From the NCBI GenBank assembly GCA_002256025.1, contig NKIB01008526.1:1-64000 (forward strand): a stretch of 64,000 nt of DNA, written 5' to 3'. The number at the start of each line of letters is the position of its first letter. The first letter of the stretch is position 1. A program made the position numbers and the translations under genes. Shown here in pieces: positions 48,601 through 62,750 of this stretch. Origin of the DNA: Asterionella formosa. Taxonomy: Eukaryota. The notes below the pieces were generated by a model. The model saw only the letters and a program-made list of their open reading frames with translations. It was not told where the DNA came from and did not search any database.

Positions 48601-51180
48601 TCGGTCTCCTGTTGCCCCACTCACTGCAACCCACAAAGCTGCTCTCCAGCAGCTCCTTGAAATTCTCTCACCGCCTGAGCTCATCCAACTACCCATTGCT
48701 CCCCTCCTGCATTGCTCCATTCCATCACTGAGGGTGCCTGGTACACCCACAGCATCCACCATCCCCCTTCTCCCTGATCCTGATGCCTGTACACCTTTCC
48801 CGGTCTCTCCAGCCCTCGATGGCGCTGCCCACCACTGAGGGTGCTTAACCCTAATCCTAACCCTACCGACCCGAGTGTTGTTAACCCTACCCCAAACCCT
48901 AACCCTCACCTCGCCGGTAACCCTAACCCTAACCCTAGGTCCCCTCCTGCCAGTGGCCGCAAGATCATTCCAGCACCCCCTTGCACCTATTGCGATGCTG
49001 TTGTGCTGCCCAGTCCCCTACCACCTTCCCCTTCGGACACTTATGACACTACCACTGTGCCCAAGAGCTGTCGCCGCCATAAAAACACACCACGTGATGC
49101 ACCACATGTCAGCCATCCCCACACCCAATCTTTGCTTGCCAACTGTGCTCTCTCCGCCCCTTCTCAAACCAGTGCTACTCCCCTGGCCACTAATTTTTGT
49201 TTCCATGGCACCGCTATCAACCCTGACAATGGCAAAATTGCTGGATATAGAGAATTATTGACTTGCAGCGCTGCTCCCCTGTGGGCCACCGCCAACGGCT
49301 TAGAAATTGGCTGATTATTTCAGGGCTTGGGACCCCATTCTGACATGCCCACGGGTACTAATTGCTGTTTTTTCATTCATAAGCATGAGATGCCCTCACA
49401 CAAACGCGCCACTTACATCCTCATTGTGTGTGCCAATCGACCCGAAAAAACCATTCCCCAACGCGTTCGTTGGACCGCTGGGGGTGATCGTGTCATTTAC
49501 ACTGGCAATGTCAGCACCAAGACTGCTGATCTCACTACTGCAAAATGTTTGTTCAACAGCACCATCAGTACCCCCAATGGCCGCTTCATGACTCTGGATT
49601 TATCTGATTTTTATCTGGAAAGTCATCTTGCACCTGCCGAGTATGAATACATGCACATCCCTATATGGATGATCCCCCCACACATTCAAACCCTCTACAA
49701 CCTAGCTCCCAAAATCATTGATGGGCACATCTATGCCAAAATCCGTCGTGGCATGTATGGGCTGCCTCAGGCTGGTAAACTTGCCAATGATCAACTTGCT
49801 CAGTTCTTGCTCCCGCATCATTACCTCCCCTGCCCAGTCACCCCTGGCCTATGAATGGATACCACCAGTGATCTCATGTTTACGCTTGTTGTTGATGATT
49901 TTGGTGTACGTTACACCAAACGTAGTGACGTGGACCGTCTCCTCACCACTTTACGTACCAAATACCGTCTCACAACTGATTGGACTGGCTCTTGTTACAT
50001 TGGCCTTACGCTGACGTGGGACTACGAACATCGCACCGATGACCTCACTATGCCTGGTTACATTGTTCATGCTCTACAACGATTCACGCACTCCACCCCA
50101 ACACACCCACAACATGCCCCCCATGCCTGGACTGCACCTAGTTATGGCGTGCGCCAGCAATTTGTTGTTTCTGATGTCACTACTGTCCTTGACCTCCATG
50201 ATAAAACTCGTGTGCAAGAGATTCTTGGTACTTTATTGTATTATGCCCATGCTATTGACTGTACTATGTTGCTGGCCCTTGGTACATTTGCTACACAACA
50301 AGCAACCCCCACTGTGGCTACCTTGACTGCTATTACTCACCTTCTCAATTATTGTGCCACTCATCCTGAGGCCACACTTCGCTTTACTGCCAGTGACATG
50401 GTCCTCCATGTTGAAAGCGATGCCTCCTATCTATCTGAAATGCGTGGTTGCTCCCGCGCTGCCGGCATTCACTTTCTCAGCTGTAAACCCTTGTCTCCGC
50501 CTAGCCTCACTACGTCCATCCCTCCTCTTAACGGCGCTATTTACGTACACTGTCAAATTCTTAAGGAGGTTTTATCAAGTGCTGCTGAGGCCGAATTAGC
50601 TGCTTTGTTCCACAATGGCAAAGAGGCATATACTATTTGCAACATTATTATTGAGCTTGGTCATCCCCAACCTTCTACCCATATTGTCACCGATAATAGC
50701 ACTGCCAGTGGCATCGCCAATGATACCGTCCGACAAAAACGCTCCAAAGCTATGGATATACGTTATTACTGGGTATGCGATCGGGTTCGCCAAGGCCAAT
50801 TTCTTGTATACTGGAGAAAAGGTAGTTTGAATCGTGCTGATTATTTCACTAAACATCATCCCGCTTCCCATCATATGTTGATGCGCCCGCACTATCTCCA
50901 TTGCCCTCCATCCCTCCCTAGTCCTCCTAACTATTATGCATGCTTGGCTTCCGATGCTGATATCATCTCCACCCAAGCTCCTGTTCTTCTGCCTGAACCT
51001 GTTGGTGAGGGTGTGTTAATATCTGCATATGATGCTCCATACATGCGCCGTACAAACCATACCGGCGCAGCCACCAGATTAGGTACATGCATGAGTGCTA
51101 ACAACGATGTACTCGAAACAGCAATAGAATAGTCATTATATTGTAGTTCACCTTTATTCACGACAAGGTTCCCCTCAACA
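45621..51180 (+). mobile_element. Full-length but decayed Ty1/copia LTR retrotransposon (CoDi-like)
   Basis: TG...CA LTRs at 45621-45785 and 51014-51180, TSD TCTAT/TCTAC, PPT GGTGAGGGTG. Domain order gag (45933-47021), PR (IADSG), IN (YTDQTG...LDNE...NAAERAI), RT (YGLPQAG, LVVDDFG), RNase H (SDAS...AEAE...TDNS...ADYFTK). Pol has stops and frameshifts. Confidence 0.95.
45933..47021 (+). CDS. Gag of the copia element (open ORF)
   Basis: GGGANGFLG motif and C-terminal YCWTHG...H...TC...GH knuckle, inside the LTR-bounded element. Confidence 0.8.
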   Translation: MMTTIVSAVFPFPHPLLTPIEGKPTALTVTRLCKELFANARSVHCTSGGGANGFLGIVMAAAPYHLCAGQPFLPPEHPGTQPPHSATATQSQITAANCLFETSLDAFRRYSQIREILRQQILTAIDPTYCNVLEDATFGYADITVLTLLAHLESTYATLSADDLELNRRCLAHAWTPEEPIEHLWIRIKHLRAIADAGGEPFSDSTVMRLTLSALEQDGVYSHSIQTWRDCAEVDCTWVNFCPHFMHADKERLRLATATTAGYHGAHAAIQTSGPPTLPGIAATARAVPPGYTYNNVQLGYCWTHGLTKNHDHTSATCNHPASGHQLTATLDRRMGGSVRIFSDGTRPTRPPRVSPPSSPLA

Positions 51181-51340
51181 TCTACAACGCCGATTTGTGG
51201 TACCTGGTACAACTGCCACCAACAAAATATCTTGTCAACAGCATGTATTACGAATTTGACTACCCTACAAACATAGTTTAATGGTATGACATCACATAAA
51301 AAATATGATGCATCACATTATATAAATATAATTGGAGTGA

Positions 51341-51703
51341 GGGAATGGCTGACAGTAGTTGGTTGAGCACGTTGCCATTTATCTGAAGTTGTTGAGGTTC
51401 CTGCAATTTTTTTAGAAGCAATTGTTGGGTTCTACTACCACACCATCCCACATGGGCTTGGCTGGTGTTCAAGAAATAGTGGGTTTGACCCCCTAAAAGC
51501 AGCTTATACCACCTTTGGCAGTCATAGTATCCCCTAACGCTGTGGCTAAGATCACCTTCTGTGAATAGTTGTTGGGGACTCACCTAAGCTAACAAAACTA
51601 GGGAAGCATAGGTCTTGTCAGCAGGCAGCACAATGAGTGCTTGCCTTGAAAAAGGGGAGTGAGTATGGGCCATAAAACAGATTATCATTTATATAATAGG
51701 AAT
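51341..51703 (+). mobile_element. tRNA-derived SINE, family A
   Basis: Reverse-complement homolog of 176-560 along its whole length. Confidence 0.7.
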
Positions 51704-53269
51704 GAACTAAAGTAGTTTCAACAACTTCCATAATTATTTTAGAAACCTACATTATTTTTGGGGCCAACTGACAATATTCTGACGATGCAAAGAAGAATTC
51801 GTTCAGTTATAATATCTACAATATGCTACTTTTCTGTACATTTCTCTAAATTTCCGTTCACAAATATTCTTCACTCTGACCAGCATTAATTATGTTTGTT
51901 TGCTCCCATTTTATCTTCACTTTGATCACATTCATTCCTCAAGGGTGAACAAATATATAATATGATAGTCGAACAAATAATTATGTGTAGCCACCTTTTA
52001 ATTTGTTCAAAATAGTTAGAATAATCTACAATCGCAAATAGAATGATAAATTAAGTCAATCAAATTAATCGCTTCACTATATTGTTTATATTGATACTTT
52101 CTATAGAACGCGATTCTCAAACCAATAATAACAATTAATGCATGTTCATTCTTGCAGCTGGATGCTATGAGTAATTGCAAGCTTGCTTGCCTACTCATAT
52201 GTGCAGGAATTCCTGTAGCTACTAGATCAATTCATAGCAACTGCACCAGCTGCTCATTCTCATTGCTCAGATTGATTGTCTGTAGAAAGCGAACAACATT
52301 CGAAGAGTAAGTTGATGAGAAAACAAAAGTTGCGAAGCAATGATTTCGGTTCTGTTGTGCTCCTTACCATTTTCTCCAAAGTCCAGCCCAGTCCTCATCA
52401 AATTGACTTTCTGCGTAAATGACACTCGCAGAGTTGCAGAGTGAGTTTATAAACAAACAATTGTTTTACAAAGGCATCGTTTTCGTTGTGGTTACCTTGT
52501 TCCCTGATTCCCATCAAAACCCTTGCTCATCGAATTGATTGACTGTAGAGGAAAAAATCATTCATGCGCTAACAATTCCGAACAAAGACGAAGGACAATA
52601 GGAGAGAAGATCCACAACAACAGCAAACAATATCAACAAAAGGCAAGAAAACGTTGCACTTGCTTACCATTAAAATATTTGTCCCATTTGCAATGAATCC
52701 ATTCTACGATGAGAAAAAATGATTTATAGCCTGCCTGATACAGAAACATTTCATTCTTCCCAAGGTTCAACCCTGCTCTGCCAAAAACAGATTGATTATC
52801 TGTAGAAAAATAACTAGGTGCACAAAGTAACTTCATGACTGACCACTGTTACAATTCCAAACGCAAGATGAAGAACAAAATGGAGGTAGAGGAAATACAA
52901 CAGCAATCAAACATTATTCCATATGCACGACAATGAACATGATGGGGCAGAGCAAGAAGCAGAAGAAAAACAACAACAATGAAACACAGAACCTATTCCA
53001 TTTCAGAAAATATTAACTTCTTTCCATATTCATCATTTCTGTGATGATGAGAAAAAACAAAATGGCACACGACAGACAAGTCCTAGTTATCTGGCAGCGA
53101 AGAACAAGATTTACAAAATAAGATCATGGCTGGTTAAACACACACAAGACCTTTTTCCAATTCATATCAAACAATGCATGTTCAAGTTCAAAGTCAGGAC
53201 GAAGAGCAAGCAAGAGAAAGGTATATAGCCAAAGAAATAAAAACAAAACAAAAGACAGAGCTGTTTTAC

Positions 53270-53412
53270 ATCAACAAGAACAAGAGTAATAACAGCAGCA
53301 ACAACAGCAACAGCAACAGCAAAAATGACAACACAACATCAGTAAAAAAGACAACAACGACAAGAACAAGAATAACAACAACGAAAATAACAACAAAAGC
53401 AATAACAATAAC
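53270..53412 (+). repeat. Degenerate (AAC/AAT)n low-complexity tract
   Basis: Runs of AAC, AGC and AAT triplets. Confidence 0.7.
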
Positions 53413-53626
53413 CAAAATTTCATTTTACCATGAATGTGATATTTTCTCTTGCATTCCAGCAGGTGCTTTTCATCAAAGAAACCTGGTGTGGACGGTCCTC
53501 CTTGTTTACCTTTACTTTGTACTAAATATTTGTACATAGTACTTCAGAAAAGCTGGCGCAGTCTTTGCTTAGTCAGTATTGATCAAATAGGTCATGAGAA
53601 TGTGTAAAATTTTCTGTGCTTGCTGT

Positions 53627-54012
53627 GGGCTGATGGCCAGTGCTGTAGCAACCAAATTTCCGATCCATCTTTCTCCACCAATTTGGGCTGATGGCCAGTG
53701 CTGTAGCAACCAAATTTCCGATCCATCTTTCTCCACCAATTTGAGGCCGATCTCTATCTAATATAGCATTCGATGTACACGAGAGCAATGGCTTCATGTC
53801 AAAAGTCGATATGCTCAGAACGAACGTATATTGTTCAAAGGAGGCATTAGGATATGTAAACCCTTTTTGGAGCTTGTGGACCGATGCATGACCAGCCAGT
53901 GCTGTAGCAACCAAACTTCCAATCCGTCTTTCTTCACCGATTTGAAGCCGATTTCTATCTAGCATAGTATTCGATGTACACGAGAGCAATGGCTTCATGT
54001 CGAATGTCGATA
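53627..54012 (+). repeat. 57-bp tandem repeat nested in a larger duplication
   Basis: GCCAGTGCTGTAGCAACCAAA occurs three times. TTCGATGTACACGAGAGCAATGGCTTCATGTC occurs twice. Confidence 0.8.
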
Positions 54013-54034
54013 TGTTTAGAGCGAATGTATACAG

Positions 54035-54756
54035 AAGACACTTGTAACATGTTGGTTTATTGATGAGGGATGACAAATGAATGATACGTGAAAAACATAA
54101 ACTTCAGAATACGCATTTCTTCAGGCCTAGCGGCGATGTAGGTGGCTGCGTCGATTTGGTGCATCAGAATGACGAAATCTCCTTTCTATGTATCTTCGTC
54201 TTTTTCTTGGAAATTTCTACATTTTTGGCATATGTTTTATATGACGACAGGAGGCACTTGTAACATGTTGGTTTATATTTGGGGGATGACAAATGAATGA
54301 TATATACAAATATCAAATTTAAGAGTTTTACATTCACAATGCGCATTTCTTCAAGCCTAATAGCGGCTTTGTAGGCAGCTGCCTCGATTTGGTGGATCAG
54401 GAGGGTAAAATTTCCTTTCTAAATATTTTCGTCATTTCATGGGCGATTCATGGATTGTTGGCATATGTTACATACAACAACAGGAGAAGCTTGTAACATG
54501 TTGGCTGGTTTATTGATGAGGGATGACAAATGAATAATTTATGCATTTTATTTCAAATTTTCAGATTTTTCCATTGACAATGCGAATTTCTATAAGCCTA
54601 GCGGCGATGTAGGCGGCTGTGTCGATTTGGTGCATCAGGATGGCGAAATCTCCTTTCTATGTATCTTCGTCATTTCCTGGGCGATCCATACACTCTTGCC
54701 ATATGTTATATACAACAACGACAGGAGACACTTTTTACAAGTTGGTTTATTGATGT
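54035..54756 (+). repeat. ~220-240 bp tandem repeat, ~3 units
   Basis: TTGTAACATGTTGG...GATGACAAATGAAT...GCCTA..GCGGC...CGATTTGGTG.ATCAG recurs near 54040, 54258 and 54490. Confidence 0.85.
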
Positions 54757-55768
54757 TTTAGAATTTTGCATTGACATTGAACATTTTTATATGCCAATAG
54801 GGGTGACTTGTTGGTTCAGTGACACCGTGCATATCTTTACTGTTTGTAACATGAATTTAATAGCGCTTACTGTAGCGAAAAAGGTTTTAAAATTCTTCTT
54901 TTCTTTTCTCTTGTTACTGTCTTTGCCTACCATTGCCATGAATTCCCCAACTGTGCGTAGTGTTTTTGGAAAACGCGAAATCGACATCCTCGCAATCGGG
55001 TTTTTCACCATGATTCCTGCGTTAATATTTGTTTGCTTTTCCATCTCCTTCTCTTTCTGCATTCTCTTTCTGTCGGACTTCATTACTATCTAATACATGT
55101 ATGATCTTTTCTTTCTTTGCCTGGTTGGCCACTTGGATAGCCCCTTTCGTCATGGTGAATTGGTCGTTTTTAGGAATTATTAACTATCGGGACCCGGAGG
55201 TCCCTGTAGCTTATGTACCACTAAATTCTGTGATCAGCACTGTATTAACTCGCCTTTATTATACTTGGCAAAAAAACTCTCTTATCATAAATATTATAGT
55301 TATATCTATTACCTTTCTATATGTAATATACACATGATTCTGTAGCTTAGAGCAAGCCGCACAATAGGGCAGCAATTGAGCCGGAGAAAATCGTAGGAGT
55401 TAAGATGGCCCCGGAGAAATTGAAAGTCGATATAACTATTTTCTGACAGAGGGAGTACCACATAATTACCATTCCTACATTAATGAAATTTCGAAAATTG
55501 GTGAATTTTGCAGCTTAGATGTATTGTTGGATGAACCAAGCCCAAGAATCTCTCCATGTGCTGGCTTCCTATCAAAAACAGCATCATTGACAATGGCCAT
55601 GTTCAGGCAGATCCCTGCTGCAAGTCATCCTTATTTTTGTAAAATATCCATGAGTCTATCAACTGTCATATCTATATGTTTTTATGCTCATATAATCAAT
55701 TTATAATTATTAAGTAGATTTTATAGGACGCTATTGTCAATGAACTCGACAATTGTGGAGGTTGTGAA

Positions 55769-55917
55769 GTCGCACTTGGCCCCTCAGAGGGCCTTAGACC
55801 TGCTTATTGTCTGCCTCACCACCCGGATCCCAAGGGACTATATAGACAAAGCAGGTGGAGAATGCGGGAATCGAACCCGCCACCTCGGAAGGTGAGCTAA
55901 CTAACTAAGCTATTCCC
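55769..55917 (-). mobile_element. tRNA-derived SINE, family B (Ala-like acceptor and T arm)
   Basis: GGGAATAGCTTAG...GCGGGTTCGATTCCCGCATTCTCCA; the tRNA-like part is only ~62 nt with no complete anticodon arm. Homolog at 37890-37986. Confidence 0.6.
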
Positions 55918-58014
55918 TACTCATATAATCAACTATATACCGGTATTATCGGTTCAATTGGTTTCGATAAAACTATTTAGATGCTAATAATTTAATAAAA
56001 AAGGGTAAATGTTCACCTCTTTGTCTGCAAATAAAAAGTATCATGCATATAGGATCAATGGTCTCATACGGTAAGTGGCACAGGAGTTTCATATATATAA
56101 TAATTTTTGGATCAAAACTATGATCGAGGTATCCTGTAACTATGATGATTTATTAATATTTTACCAACCTTGAAGTATAATGATAATAAGATCATTATCA
56201 TCACACAATTTATATCAACTGATCAACAACATTTTTCATCAATATCATAAACCTCATTTTTATTTTCACTTCTTGTGGTCACCAAATGTAAATTATTACT
56301 ACAACGCATCCTAAAATCAGCTTAACTCTATGCTATCATGTGAATTGTTTCATCGTAAATCTATCTTAAACATGATCATAATTCTAATCACAAGCATTTT
56401 TCAAAATAGATTGGAATGGATCGTAATTTAATTAACAAATTTAACAATGCTATCTATTATTCTACATGCCAGAAACCCAACGTTTCTCTCTCTACTCGGC
56501 TCAATGTATATTTTTCCTGTCTCGCCCTTTTCTTCCTCTTTTCTGAATCTTGTGCCAAGCAATGCCTTGCTAATGTTGCGTCTCTCTCCCTGCTGTTAGT
56601 GTCATTCTGAACTCGCCGACTATTCCGTTGTTTGATCGGTTTTATTGTCCTATGCAGTTACAGTAGCAATGAGAAGGAACGACTTGTTAGCTAGACATGT
56701 TACACTGACACAACAACACGCCATTCCATTGTATCCTCTTGCTTGCCTCACTTACCACAGCCAAATCAAAGCAATTGATGTATAAGTCTGTAATAGTAAA
56801 TTGTCAGTAAATTCTTGAATAAGTAAGTTTCAGGTTGCTTTCCAATGTTGCCAAATAAAACTTACCGATTCATTTTCGTTAGCTTGACTTTGAGAGAAGG
56901 TAAAATGGCGTGCCCGTCAGTTATGTTCCATCAGAAGTGAAAAATTCAATGACAAGAGCACTTACCAATTTTGTTTTGTTTTACATTGGTGCTCCCCAAT
57001 AAGCGAAATGAGCTATTGAATCAGCTGAGAAGAAAGAAAACGTGCGTTTAGTTTACAATTTGTTGTTCCCTCCCAATGATTGTCATCAATGTACCCCATT
57101 GATGGCTTCATTACCTTAACATATTCCATCCATCGAAGGGGCAATGTGTCGAAGCCACAATGTTTTTCGTTATTGCGTAAACTTTCCTTGTCATATGCTT
57201 TACTACGATATTTCTTTTCATTAAGCAGGCATTGTTTGTTAACATGACAGAACGATTTCAAAAATATTTGCCATGTATATAGTTAAAAAATTTGTAAATG
57301 TATAAATATATATATCAAGTGTCGTATATTTATAAAATTCAAAGGCACTCTCAATATGGCACATCTGGTAGCTAGTATTGTTGAGATGATCATATTTGCA
57401 TATAGATAATTCGAAAATATTCAATGCACCATATGTCCATTGTTTTCCACGACTTTGTGTACCGGTAAGAATGTTTCTGAAATTTGTTTGCATCAATATT
57501 TTCTACATCCGTTAGAACTAATAATTTAGACCATTAAATTAGTGGTGTAAGTCACAACCCATTTGTATCATTATTTATATGCAAGGATTTTGGTAGCTAA
57601 TTATTTAAGCCCCTTTTTTGGCGGGAGTTTTTCATGTGCACATCATATGATCATAACATTTTAAAATATATACTGAAATACAGAGTACCAGTAGCAGGTA
57701 GGAAGTGATATACTGGGGGTAGTCAGAGTAGTAAGCGAGCAACAGAACACCATATGTTCAGGACTGTTGCTACTACAGTGGGACAGTAAATCATCATAGT
57801 AGTCTCAGGATTGTATAATCATAAAATTGAAAACAAGATATGCTATTACTCAAACTCGGTTCTGATTTTGTATATGATAATGTAAATAGCACTGTTGGTC
57901 TTATGGTATCATATCTAGATAGCTTAAAAGATGATTCATTTTATTGTAGCAACACCTGGCTGATTTTAAGATCATCGAACTTTAGGAAGACAACGACAAC
58001 AGTTATCTAGTAGT

Positions 58015-59907
58015 ACAATGTCTTCAAAAAACCATAAAGAGGTTCATGGAAACAAGCGACATGTGGCAAATACTGCCGGTATGCAACAAAGAAGCAAGTA
58101 CCAAAATGAGTTAACAAAGAAAAAGCGAATAGGCGAATATTCAAAGGAACCCAATCGGTGACAGGGAGTTTGTGGTGGTACTACCCCATCGTCGATGGGG
58201 ACACCATCAGCTACTAGTACAAAGGCTCCCGTAATTGATACTGAAAGCGATGATGACGTTTCTTTTTCAGTTGTTGATACAAGAAAAAGACTCCTGTCGA
58301 TGATACCATTAATAACTCCTGGATGCAGATGGACGACATGGTACCATATCATAAATTTTCTATTCGCATGGACCAACAAGTACATGAAAAACTGAGGGAA
58401 AAACATTTTGCACTTGCCAAAGGTTATTATCAATTGGTCAATGAATTCAATCACTACAAAGGTCGTAATTCGGTTCAAAACTCGTCCATACAAGGCTATC
58501 AAGAATCTTCAAATTCAGCAGCCTTATCAGAACGTCGTTCCTGCTTAGCTAAAATTGAACCGAACTATCAATTGTCACAAAGGTTGTGAGTTTTATTTTC
58601 AAGACCAAGAAGTTTTGCTGTGAACATGTACGTTTGATCGTAAATTGCAGGAACTGTAATACAGAATATCAACCTAATGTGCTTTTTTCTGGTCCCAAAA
58701 GAGAATCAAACATCCCGCCCTGCCTATCTGGTCCAAGTAGTATGAAAAGCATTTCCAATCACAAACAGGATTGGTTTGCCCAATGTTGCCTAACTTGGCT
58801 TTACACAATGAAACCGGAGTTAGGCAAAGAAGTGGAGAGTGACCCAGAGCTTGCCGAGTGATTTCATATGGAATGGTTCTGATGCACTACTTCCGATGAA
58901 TCAGACCATTGAACGTACCAACAAGGCACATTAAGATTACATCAAATCAACATTTGGTGGCATGTGCATTAAAAAGTTGAGAGAATGTCAGAATGTATTG
59001 AATAATCAATTTAAAGGAATCTTAGGTGAGTTCTTGCAGTGCGGGAGATGCGCGCACCGAAAGCATGATATTTTGAGTCGGTGATTATATTCTTATCAAA
59101 TATGATTGAATTAGAAATGCTAACATAATTCATGACACACCAGCTGGTCTAACAGAATATAGCTAACTTCCAGACTATGGATATTAATGACTTATTAGGT
59201 GAGCATTCACGCTTTATCGTTTTGCGCAGTCAAAGGAAATTGACAGAGGAAGCCAAGGATACCAAGTCTGGCGTGATGTTCTTGCTCCAGTGTATTTTAT
59301 AGGCAGGACAAGCCGTGGAGAACCATTATTAACAGGAGACAAATCTGGTGTGACCAAATTTCAACTTAGTCTTCGGGCACAGTGTGCTGAATTGCAATCA
59401 CGCTTTGTTGAGTCACTGATCAATGCCAGTACAGAAGCATTTTGCTTCTTGGTGCTGAAAGGAAAATTCCGATTGCAACAAAAATATTTGGATTTCAATC
59501 CACATACCCATGAAATTTCAGAGAAGGATATTCGTCATTCTACTGATTTTGTCGACATTGGTTGGAAACCACTTATCAAAAAAAGTGTGAGGGAAAAAAG
59601 TTCAGTTTCAAATGGTCTCACTGATCAATGGACTGATGATTTACTCGGTTATTATAAGGAAATCTACACTGGACGTTCACAAAAGAATCGATCTGAATAT
59701 GTAAGGAATCCTAGTGGAATTGCTACTTCCATGACAAATATCATCTACCACCCACACTCATACTTCTCATTTCCCAATGTAAGTGAAGAGGATATGCATC
59801 AATATGTTGAACCACTTCAACCAAATGTTTCTGAGAAGAATATTGATTACATTGAACGCATTAATAAATGGGACATTGATGACGACGTTGATTTTGAATG
59901 GATCTAA
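58015..59907 (+). pseudogene. Fragmented ORF upstream of the Plavaka-like transposase (possible accessory gene)
   Basis: Co-oriented protein-like fragments including a 205-aa ORF (59290-59907). No motif recognised. Confidence 0.35.
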
Positions 59908-60299
59908 TAGAATCCAATGCATTCTAAGTAGTTACATAATAAATATAGTTAGTGTGAGACTTCTACAATGCAAGCCATATCATAGATGTTCAGAAACCAT
60001 TGACGCTGCTCTATACTACTAGTAGTGGCGCCTGTACTGTATGTAGGGGCAAACCTCCATTTTTACTACTATGGTGGAGTGATAATTTCACGACTCTGTA
60101 TTGTCCAGCACAGCAGGTTCGGAGTGATGCCAAATTTATTATTATTTATTCATTCTCATTCTATCCTGCTCATATCATGACTTTGTCATCATTTGAAATT
60201 TGCAATGTCTTTCCGTACATTGCAATGGTGTTATTTGTGAAACTACAAATTTCGGAAAACCATGCAATATTCAGATTTTCAAGATCACACCGGCTTTCT

Positions 60300-62750
60300 C
60301 CCTGAAAATGCAATGGAAATGCCCCTTCCTCCTCAATTTCAACTTCCAATTAAAAATTCCCTAAACATGCGCGCATCCAATCGAATTAGAACTCATGTTA
60401 TTCCTTAACAAGAATTACCTTCCACCAGTTTACTTTGATCATCTAATGAAATGGCTGTTCAAGGCAGAAAAAGCAATGAAATGTTTTGATGGAAGGTATC
60501 AAGCTCCATCCTACCAGACTTTGAAAAAACGAATGGATGTTTCATTTCCACCAACATTAGCTGGAATGTAAAAAGTTGATTGATGGCAATTGGTATCTCT
60601 TTTGCCAGACATTGAAGTCAGTGATCTGGAGAAACAAATAAATAACAAGTTATCTGGTGACGACTTGTCCTTATGTCGACTCAAATTATACCATTCTGTT
60701 ACAGGATTTCTATTGTCGCCTTTCGAAGATTGATTTAAACAAGTTATACGATATTTGGGTTCATGGTCTTGGTATGACAAAAGTTTATTACCAGATTGGA
60801 ATGATCATTGTGTCTCCCAATCTAATGGCAAATACGCAACAGCAAACGAGTGGTGCCGTATTAGATCGCATAATCCTATTCTGCCTGCACTAATAAATCT
60901 TTTTTTGGCGGTGACTAAAAAGGATTATTTGGTGCAACTCCATTTGAGGTTCTTCATCAATTGCTACTTGGAATATTTAAGTACATTTTGGAATCATTGT
61001 ACAATTATTGGACTATCCCTGAAGAATGGACATGCTTTTTTTAAGAAAGAAAATCTCCAGAGATTCCAGAGAGCATCTCTGATCAGAAACGTATCACTGA
61101 AACAACAGACACTGCTTTTCTTGATCAAGAGCAACCGAAGAAACGGGTAAAGACCAAAAAGGACACACGCACCAGTTACCAAAAATATCTACACTGGCAA
61201 AAATCAAGACCCAACACTTGTACCAGGATCAGAAATGCATTTTCGAAAATTATACTTCGAACAAAGTACTAGATATGTCAATAGTCATTTGGAAAGGCGA
61301 AGCGATCGTGATATTCCAAAATTTTCATACAGATCTGGGATCATGACAGCTTTTTCAAAAATGTCAGGGCAAGAAATTCCCGGATTATGTCTGTTAACTA
61401 TTTTTTCAATGGGTGAAATGATGGGTTCAGAGAACATGCACCTAGAAAAGGATTTCACATTGCTGCCATGGTTATGTAAATCTATCAATGACACTGAATT
61501 CATACCGCAGTATACATCAACATGTAAAGATATTTTAGAGGAAAGGGTTAAGAGATTTATGTCAGTCACTAAGATTATGATTGGTCCCCAACGAGAAATG
61601 ATATCTAAAATTGGCTTATGAATGACAAATTTCATGGAATGAAACATTAACCTCATCTGATTAGGAAGTTCGTATCGCCTCTTAATTCCTTTGGTGAATA
61701 TTTGGAGTCTTTATTGAAAGACGAATTGAAACGACCCAGTAAGCGTGTCAGTGGACAACTACATCGATTAAAGCATGACATTTTAACAAGATCATATGAA
61801 GCAAGGCAGTTTTCCTTGGCACGAAAAATAGTTTTTGCAAGTGATTCATTACATACAGAAAACAAACAGAAGAAGATGAGTAAGGTACATATCAATGTAA
61901 CTGAGGGTATGTCAACAGAGATTGATTTCGAACAAATGATTCCGGATACAAGAAGGATGTTGCGCAGTAGCTACCTCACCTGATAATTTGGGAATATCGC
62001 ATACTAGCTAAGATCCATTCACCATGCATCCCTTCCTGTAAAATTTCAGTTCTCTGCTTCATCATCAAATGGTCTATGGACTATTGCAGGTGTCCCTAAT
62101 AAGATTGGGCATGTATCACGGAGTAAGGATGCACCCTTGTCTCAATTGGTTCATCGTGATACACCGAAGGGGGCCAACTACGTAAAGAGCATTGCGAATT
62201 CAGCAATAGAAATAGCAAGAACTAAAATTCTTCAAGATGGGGTTGGGCCTGTTTCCATTGTAAGGACTGACTTTTATTATCATATTATAATTGAAAGTAA
62301 CGTTCCCGGCCAAACTACTATTTTCAGATGCCATTCGAAATTGAATAATGATTCAAATGCAGGAATTTCTGGTCTTGAATGGTTTGACTGGGTCGAAGTG
62401 AACTGGGAGAAAGGAGATGGATCAAGTTCCTACACAGTTCCGGCAAAACTACTTCTTTAGGGAAATGCTGCTTTCTCCAACGCAACAACCATTCTCTTAG
62501 CGTGTATTCATTCCTTGAAAAGTTTAACTGAAATGAAAATTCATAAACTTATGTTTTTTGCAAGAGGCGACACCTAATGCAATGATTCAGCTGAATTGAT
62601 CGCTGTTGAATTTCATAACATACATTTGGCAGCGTTTGTTGTTCCTGCTTTGAAACCACAGGAATCAAGGGTTAGGGCAAGAGGTTTTGGAACAGATACG
62701 GAAAGATAATTTTTATGGTGCCATGCCTTCACAACATTTATGGAAGTCAG
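60300..62750 (+). mobile_element. Degenerate Plavaka/CACTA-like DNA transposase
   Basis: HLERRSDRDIPKFSYRSGI...KMSGQEIPG, RVKRFM, SPLNS...ESLLK...KRP and IFRCH...WFDWVEVNW...VPAKLLL resemble Plavaka-type transposases. Many stops. Confidence 0.6.

Noticed and set aside
53174..54346. ORFs of 60-167 aa as genes
   Set aside because: They arise from AAC low-complexity sequence and tandem repeats.
55856..55917. Functional tRNA gene
   Set aside because: Only ~62 nt with no complete D or anticodon arm, and a diverged copy with a shared tail exists, so it is better explained as a SINE head.
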